NCBI GenBank assembly: GCA_025594325.1
Contig: JANHCV010000008.1
Span: 1-64,000, forward strand
DNA from: Blastocladiella emersonii ATCC 22665
Lineage: Eukaryota; Fungi; Blastocladiomycota
Direction of reading: 5' to 3'
Length of the DNA stretch: 64,000 bases
Below are positions 57,387 through 64,000 of this stretch, one piece after another; the stretch's first letter is position 1, and every line of letters starts with the position of its first letter. A program made the position numbers and the translations under genes. The notes below the pieces were generated by a model. It was not told where the DNA came from. It did no database searches and saw only the letters and a program-made list of their open reading frames with translations.

Positions 57387-57848
57387 AGTCGCGGCGCAGT
57401 CCCCGCCAAACGTATTATGTACGCGCGCGCGTGTGTGTGGCAGCTCATCACGCTCATTATCTCCCTTTTCTCGCCGTTCCTCGTACCCCTTTTCAGCCAT
57501 TGTCTTGTGAACCATGCTGTCCTCGCCACCTCCCCCTCCATTTATACCATGGCTCCCCCTGCGCTCCGCCACTCATCCTCAAAACAGTCCGCCGCCTTGC
57601 TGCCGCGTGTATATATCCTCTGATTTTACTCTCAACTGCTTTCTCTGGTTACAATAGTCCTTGATCTTCGCCCTGCACAACTTGGACAGCTCGGCTGCGG
57701 AGACGCGCCGCGCCACAGCGTGACCGCGTTTCAGCTCAGGTCGCAGTTCAGACACGTCACTGCTGGCGCGGGAGCGGAACGCAGAGCTTGGTGATAGACA
57801 GGAAATACAGCAAAGCAGGCGTCTATTGAATCAAAATCGGCTTCCAAA

Positions 57849-59798
57849 TCATAACGCTACTCGATCCCGCCATCCCGTGTACGCCTCCTCCAACTCGCAG
57901 TCTGGGTACCGCGTCTGGAACGCGAGGACGGCCTCGCCCACCTCGTCGTCCGATTGCAAGGTCAACTGCGGGTCGAGTCGAAGGACGTGTAAGCCGTCCA
58001 ACTTGAGCTCCACCATGCCTGTGAGAGCCGCGTGAGTCATGTCCGTTTTGCCAAGGCTCAAGGTTTGGACCATGGCAGGGAGCTGGGCAACAACTGCAAG
58101 CACGCCGGCGTCACCGAGCTCGCTGTTTTTGTCGAGGATAAGAGTGCGGAGCGAGGGCGGTAGTTTCATCGCGAGCATGCGCGCGCTAGCAGCGGTTTCG
58201 AGTCCGACATCGGAGATGTCGAGGTACCACAGCCGAGGCGGGAGATAGTGCGCGAGAAACTCGACACCCTCATCATAAAGAAAATTGTCGGCAATCGTCA
58301 GCATTCCCAGCGTGCGAGGGAGCGCAGGAGCAAGGATTTCGAGGTCGTGACGCCGTAACCTTGTTGTGCAGAGATTCAAGCTTACCAGACGTCGCGGAAG
58401 GTGTTTGGCAAGCACTTGACGTTCATATTGGCCGAGTAAGGTGCACCCAAGGTTCAAATGTGTAAGTGTGTCGCGAAATGCACGCGCAAGTAGAACAAAA
58501 TGACCAATGCACAGGCTTATTCCGCAAAGGTCAAGGTGGCTCAGCTTTGGAGGGAAATGCTTGTCAAGAAGCGTGACAAGGGACATGCCCTGAGAATCGT
58601 CATTGATTCGGAGCTCGCGCAACGTCGGCGGAAAGTTCGGGATGAGATGCGGCCAGACTTCACTGGGCAGGTGAGTATCGCCGAGCACATTTTTTCTCAA
58701 GTCGAGTGACCCGCAGCTTGGCGCCAACTTGGCGAGCGGCATCGACCGTCCACTCAGCGCCGCGCAGATAAAGACTCTTGAGGCCTGGCGGTTTGCCATG
58801 AGCGAGGTTGACAAGACCGTCGGGAAGCAGGTCCGTATCATTGAGAACGAGTGTCTTGAGTGATGTCGGCAAGTAGCGCAGAAACCAAGTGGCTCCTGGC
58901 TTGTTGAGTCGGGCCCGGTCCAAGTACAGTCGCTTCAGCCCATTGGGAAGCCACGGGCCTTCGGGTACTCGGTCAGCACCATGGGCGAGGCAGCTTTGCT
59001 GGGGCTCGAGGCTACGCAGCGTCGACGGGAGCCCCATGCGGACGAGAATAGGAAGCGAGATGCCCGAAAAGTTTAGAGCAAGCTGGGAAACATTTTGCCC
59101 GGGATGGCTGAAAGCAGCGCGGAGGTCGTCCGCGCCAAGCTCGGTAATCCGCATTCCGTCAAAGCAAAGCGATTCGATCTCGCCCGACACAATTTCGGGG
59201 TAGCTTGCGGCCGCGCCGAGGTCCCCTGCAGTTCGGACCTAGCGGCATATGGAAGCCGTCAGCTTACCCAGGCCTTGGAAGGAGCGCACAAAAAGTGTGA
59301 ACGTACTGCACTCGGTTTCGACGGAAGGTCGACAAACCAAGCAGGCTCAAGATCGAGAAGGGCAGCAACGGTCTGCGAGTACCAATATGGTCGGACATTT
59401 TCAAGTTTCGTTAGAAAACCCGAATCGCGCCACCAGTCAATGGCCGAGATATTGGTATCGTGAAACGCTTGCCCAGGCGATTGATCCAAGTATGCGGGCT
59501 CCAGATCATCCAGCGACCGCCCAGAAGCCCTCCACAAGTTGAGAAGTGGTAAGAGTCCGCGCGTCGTCGCTTCGTAGATCGAGATTGAGCCTAGGACCGC
59601 GTCAACGATCGAGCGGAATACTCGAGGCGCCGCGCTACGATTCGTGACACGAGCATACTGCGAAAGTGCTGCAAAGTCGTCGGGTGGCGTCGTGTAGACG
59701 GCGCGAACCAAAATATCCTCGATCACCTCGTCGAGGCCGCGAAGCGTGCGCATAGGCAAGAAGACCGCTTCGTATTGCGGTTGCATGGAGTGATTCAT
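57849..59798 (-). pseudogene. RNI-like LRR protein (copy 3) with an apparent frameshift near 58710
   Basis: The N-terminus GLDEVIEDILVRAV is homologous to copies 1 and 2. A GTACGT...TAG intron (about 59240-59306) joins the first two ORFs. The LRR register jumps frame between AKL and SLDLRKN. Confidence 0.6.
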
Positions 59799-60194
59799 GG
59801 TTGTGTGTGATTCATGGGCAAACTTGTGCGTGCAAGCGGAGAGCGGGAGTTGCGGTGGCGCCGGTCAAAGTTGGCGTTTCGAGTTTCAACTCACGCCGAC
59901 GCCACTCACGCGGACGTGACCATCGCGCGTATTTCGACTGAGCCGTGCAACGTGCGGCGAATGTCGCACTCGTGTGGATATTCCGCTTTATGCACATGCT
60001 GTAGTCTTCCTGCTGCGGCTTGACCTTATAACACCGCAAGTTCCTCTCCAGGCGTGCATGCGTGCATGCATGGACTCGGTTTGCATTCACAGTTTGTACT
60101 CGGGAGCAGTAGTCTCCCGGCCCTGTATCACAAATTGAGCTTCTCTCCTCGATTATAAACTCTCTCCACTACCTTGCTCGAAGCTACCCAAACC

Positions 60195-61818
60195 ATGGAG
60201 CAAAACACAGCAAACCTTCCGACCCTCAAGGAGTCGTTGAAGTCCAACTGCGAGTGCATGGCCAAGTATCCGCCGGTCGTTCGGGATCTGCAACAGTCTG
60301 CGCTGAGTGGAGACCAGTCGGACGTAAATGTCGTGGTCCGTGGAAAGTCATACGTGCTGCATCGGGTAAAACTCGTCCAGAGCCCGTTGTTCAAGGGACT
60401 CCTTGGTGGCGAATGACAACCGGTCGCGTTTAATAGTGTTCTCAGCATCGACTTCTCGCTGACCAATTTGACGAGTGGGGACACTCAAGTCGGCGACACC
60501 CGCACGCTGTACACATCGTCGCGGCCATATACGGCGCTTGCACCAAGGTCTTGGCCGCGCGAATGTCGCTCGCCAACTTCACGGACATTCTCGACGGAGC
60601 CCTTTACTTTGGTACTACCAATCATTGTTCCATTCTCAAGATGGTGATGCTAAAGGTTTGTGACTTTTAGATTTACCTCAGATCATCAACGCATGCTGCG
60701 AAGCGTACTTGGACCTGCTCACGAACTGCCTTGCTTCTGTGGATTCTCCGTCCGAAGCCCTTGTCGCACTCGTTGCCCACGTGATAAAGTTCTGCTCCGA
60801 GGGGCCCGTTCCAAAGGCGGTCGTAGGATTCCTCAAGTCCATTATCAAGAATCTCGAGCACTTGGGTCCGCATCCCTTTACTCGCGCGGTCCTCTCACAG
60901 TGTAGCCGCAGCCTTGTCCCGCGCGTCGTCTGCTCACCTTCATTCTGGATTCCCTCCGAATACGCTCTGTTCGAGTTTCTCGTCGAGCTCTATGCACCGA
61001 CGGACGATATCCTTCGCGCCGTCAAATTCAGCATCATGTCCGACAGCGACCTGCTTCGCGTGCTCTGGAGTCCACGCGTTATGAAGTAGCCGCTACTCCG
61101 GATGGCGGTCCGTTACTCCGCCTTTGAAGCCACCGAGCTTCGTGCCCTCATTCTCGAATCCGATCCGAATGGCCAGCTCTTGGCCCAGGAGGGATACCCT
61201 CTCCCGCTGGTTTCAAGTGAGTTTCTTTGTTGTCCCAAGGCGGCAAAAAAGGAGGCCAGAGACGGCCCGAGTCAAGAGCAACCGCTGTTCCCTGACGACG
61301 TACTTGCCGCACGACGCCATTATGCACGAATGACGCTTTCCTTCCGGCATAATCAAGAAGGTCGCGTCTTCGAGTCCGACCCAGTGTCATTCGGCGGGAT
61401 GTATCGCAAACTCAAAGCGATTCGCGACGAAGGCAATCCAGAATACTATGCGCTTCACATGTACGTAGCTCAATGCCTCATCAACCAACTCGACAGTTAA
61501 CTTAACCCTCGTCCATTTGCGTGATTAGTACCTGCTGGGAAGGAGAACCTCCAGTGCTACGATGATCCACGAAAAGTATTCCTGATGCGCCTAGGGCTTG
61601 TCACGCACCATCCCGGTCGGCTTGACTCTGTCAACTCAACACTGGCATGTTCCCTGGTACGGCCTGTGAAAGGCCACCTCCGGCAAAGGGCGACGTGGTA
61701 TCAACCGACGGCCATGGAAGGAACCAAGGGGTGGACCGTTAATGCCTACGAGGCGGCCAAACCGATCATTCGCAGTGAACCGACAATTCGTGTCATTGTT
61801 TTTGTCGAATACCTGTGA
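60195..61818 (+). pseudogene. BTB/POZ-domain protein (copy 3), multiply disabled
   Basis: Collinear with the two BTB genes at 13.8-17.8 kb. TGA at 60414 replaces the conserved Trp of GEW, the frame shifts near 60500, and there is an in-frame TAG at 61087. Confidence 0.8.
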
Positions 61819-62145
61819 ATTCTGATGCAAATTTACGTTTATATGGCTCACAAGTCAGCACATATCACTGTCACTTCCGAGGCCGAGGCGGCATGGCCAG
61901 CTGCTTTTGGTGAGACGCGTCGATTTATCACGTGGTGTGAGACACGCGAGGGCTGATTGCTGCTCCAACGGTTTCGAATGCTCCTCACCACTCGTACCCA
62001 CCACCCATGCATGCATCACCCAAAATGAAACCAAACTTGACGCAACGAAATCAGAACAGCATGCAACAGACTCAGGATAACCCGGGACCTGGCTCCACGC
62101 TCAATGTCACGGCCGCTTCGAGTCCATCGCGCCTCATCTTTCAGC

Positions 62146-62255
62146 GGGCTTCGGTGCCTCAGCATCCACAAACTCAATGGCATGGATCATGCTTCCGCTC
62201 AGCAACTTTCCAAACACATGCCACCACTGCTTGAAGAGATCACGCTCCACTTAGG
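62146..62255 (+). pseudogene. Isolated LRR gene fragment
   Basis: LRCLSIHKLNGMDHASAQQLSKHMPPLLEEITLH resembles repeats in the local LRR family (e.g. DAAHVLAKHMPGSLVDLAL). Confidence 0.45.
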
Positions 62256-62454
62256 GCCCGTTTGGTTCCGGAGTGAATCAGGTGGATCAATCGATTTTAC
62301 ACGGTCCGGTGTTCACCCAGCTGAAACGTGGCATTTTCACCCCGTCGCGTTCATCGCGGCGTTTGGTTCAACCCCCGGGTGAGCTGAATGGAACCCTCGT
62401 CGCTGAATCGCCCGTCTGTTCGCCCCCGAAACCTTCAGGCTGTGCTCCCCGGCC

Positions 62455-62852
62455 TATATAAACGCCGTTTTCCTTCGTGGGGCGGCTCGACCACCACCGG
62501 CGAGTACTCGCACCTCGAGCAGGACGGCAAGGAGTCTGGTGACGTGGAAGGTGTTGATGGTCAAGACGACGCGGCCCCCGCCAGCAAGCGCAGCCGCACT
62601 TCGGACAGCAGCTCGCGTCGCCTCTCGGACTCGGAATTCCTCATGGGCATCAAGGAGGTGTTCCAGAGCGTCGCGACCGCCGACTCCAAGCCCGCTCTGA
62701 CCGCCGCACTTGAATGGGTCCAGGACGCGTACAACGACAATGAAGAGTACCAGATCGACGTCGCCACCCGCCTGACCGAGGATCAAGCGCTTCGCGTCAT
62801 GGCCGTGTCCGAATCGAAGCGCAAGCGCGTCCTCGAGTTTTTCATTCAGTAG
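62455..62852 (+). mobile_element. C-terminal remnant of a PIF/Harbinger accessory (Myb/SANT-like ORF1) protein
   Basis: RFPSW...GGSTTTGEYS, an acidic/basic linker (KRSRTS) and a helical C-terminus, as typical of Harbinger ORF1. It is convergent with the transposase. No N-terminal Myb domain is visible. Confidence 0.5.
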
Positions 62853-63165
62853 CTCTCTCGCACATGTCCCCCTCCCCTCGCGTTGCTTCCTGGCCTTGTT
62901 CTCGCCCATTTGTGTCCAATACATCTGGCTTTGTGTCCATCGTATCTTCAATCGTTACCCTTGGCTCGAAAATGACGCGACTCGTTGAGAAACGCGTGGT
63001 TCGCAAAGTGTCTCACACGTCACGTGATTGATCGACGCGTCTCCACCGATGCATTCTGACCTCAGCGACGCGTCAAATCATCTAGAATCGCTTATATAAC
63101 ATTATAGTACTTGACAAATCAGTATATTACAGCATGCATGCGGGTACAACAATTATTTCGCGCCT

Positions 63166-64000
63166 TCAAAGACGGGTCCCACGAGCGGCCATGACGCGCC
63201 TGTACTCGGTCCAAAGAACATTTGCGACGCGGTTCCGAGGCGAGATACAGCGCTGACGAGCTCCGTCCAGCGAGGCCTCGAGGACAGCGGCCTCGTCGTC
63301 CTCCTCGTTCTCGTCGTCCAGGGGCTCGCGCCCACGCACTGGCGCCTCACGCGCCGCGTCCCGCGCGCGCCGGAGCTCCGTCTCGGCGTCGCGAAAGAAG
63401 GCGTCGCCGCCTTGGTTCCACTTGTTGATCATGTTGTGCAGCGTGCAGAGCGCGTACACAAGCTTGACTTGAGTCTTGATTGGGTAGGCCGCGCCAATCG
63501 AGAGGACGCGGAACCGCTTCTTGAGCACGCCAAAGATATGCTCAATGGAGTTGCGGAGCGACGCGTGACGCAGATTGAAAAGCTCTTCGCGGTTCTTAAC
63601 TCTACGTACGTTGGTGAAGCAGATGAGATGGCGCCAACGTGATGGTCATGGCAGTGAGAACGTACCCATCCTTGCCGCGCGCAAACTCGCGAAGATGATA
63701 GCGGGTACCGCTGAAGGGCACGATGATGGACGTGCGGTTTGCGTAGCCGCCGTCGGCGAGGTAGAAGCGGCCGGCGGGGATCTTGAACCCACGGGCGAAG
63801 GCGTCCGAGAGCACGCGCGAGTCGTGCGCCTTGCCCTCCCACCCTGCGAGAACGTAGGTGAAGTTCAAGTCAAAGTCGCAGGCAGCGAGGACATTTGAGG
63901 ATATGGTCCCCTTGCGGTTTCGGAACGAGTCGTGAAGCTTAGTGGGCACAACAAACGGGATGTGCGTTCCGTCAAGCGCGCCGACCGCGTTCTGGAACGG
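63166..64000 (-). mobile_element. PIF/Harbinger (HARBI1/IS5-like DDE) transposase, 5' part beyond the window
   Basis: GALDGTHIP, FRNRKG, NVLAACDFDLNFTYVLAGWEGKAHDSRV, YLADGGY, NLRHASLRNSIEHIFGVLKKRF and LHN motifs. One GT-AG intron. Confidence 0.93.

Larger units (their letters stand above)
61909..63047. repeat. Imperfect inverted repeat of about 38 bp (arms 61909-61945 and 63008-63047)
   Basis: Left arm GGTGAGACGCGTCGATTTATCACGTGGTGTGAGACAC; reverse complement of the right arm GGTGGAGACGCGTCGATCAATCACGTGACGTGTGAGACAC. Confidence 0.8.

Noticed and set aside
60414-60416. TGA at a conserved Trp position as evidence for codon reassignment or readthrough
   Set aside because: The same gene has a frameshift and a TAG, and intact genes in this window use TGA as a stop. 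Pseudogenisation explains it.
62890-62905. GGCCTTGTTC resembling a Tourist/PIF terminal inverted repeat
   Set aside because: Only about 10 bp match, it lies between the two element ORFs rather than at an end, and it has no partner or TSD.
1-64000. CRISPR arrays, rRNA, tRNA or prokaryotic operons
   Set aside because: No regularly spaced repeat-spacer array or recognisable structural RNA was seen. Spliceosomal introns show the DNA is eukaryotic.

Overview
High-GC, intron-containing eukaryotic DNA. Short GT-AG introns (donors typically GTACGT/GTGCGT), flagellar genes (IFT20, enkurin) and fungal-type housekeeping genes point to a zoosporic fungus, probably Blastocladiomycota (inference). Conserved core genes are an M1 aminopeptidase, CDK5/Pho85-like kinase, FolC, TFIP11, IFT20, a DUF1295 protein, ATP synthase alpha, enkurin and Mpv17/Sym1. 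They are interleaved with expanded, fast-evolving families: 4 cytochrome P450 paralogs, 3 ankyrin-like and 3 LRR genes sharing an F-box-like N-terminus, an F-box gene, 3 BTB genes, 2 single-pass membrane proteins and several pseudogenes. A PIF/Harbinger transposase lies at the right edge. The most unusual element is a three-member family of very acidic proteins. Each has a metacaspase fold lacking both catalytic residues, fused to Dx[DN]xDG calcium-binding-type repeats. Two copies end in -GCC, and all three share a core-promoter/leader motif. All gene models were read by eye and no database searches were run.
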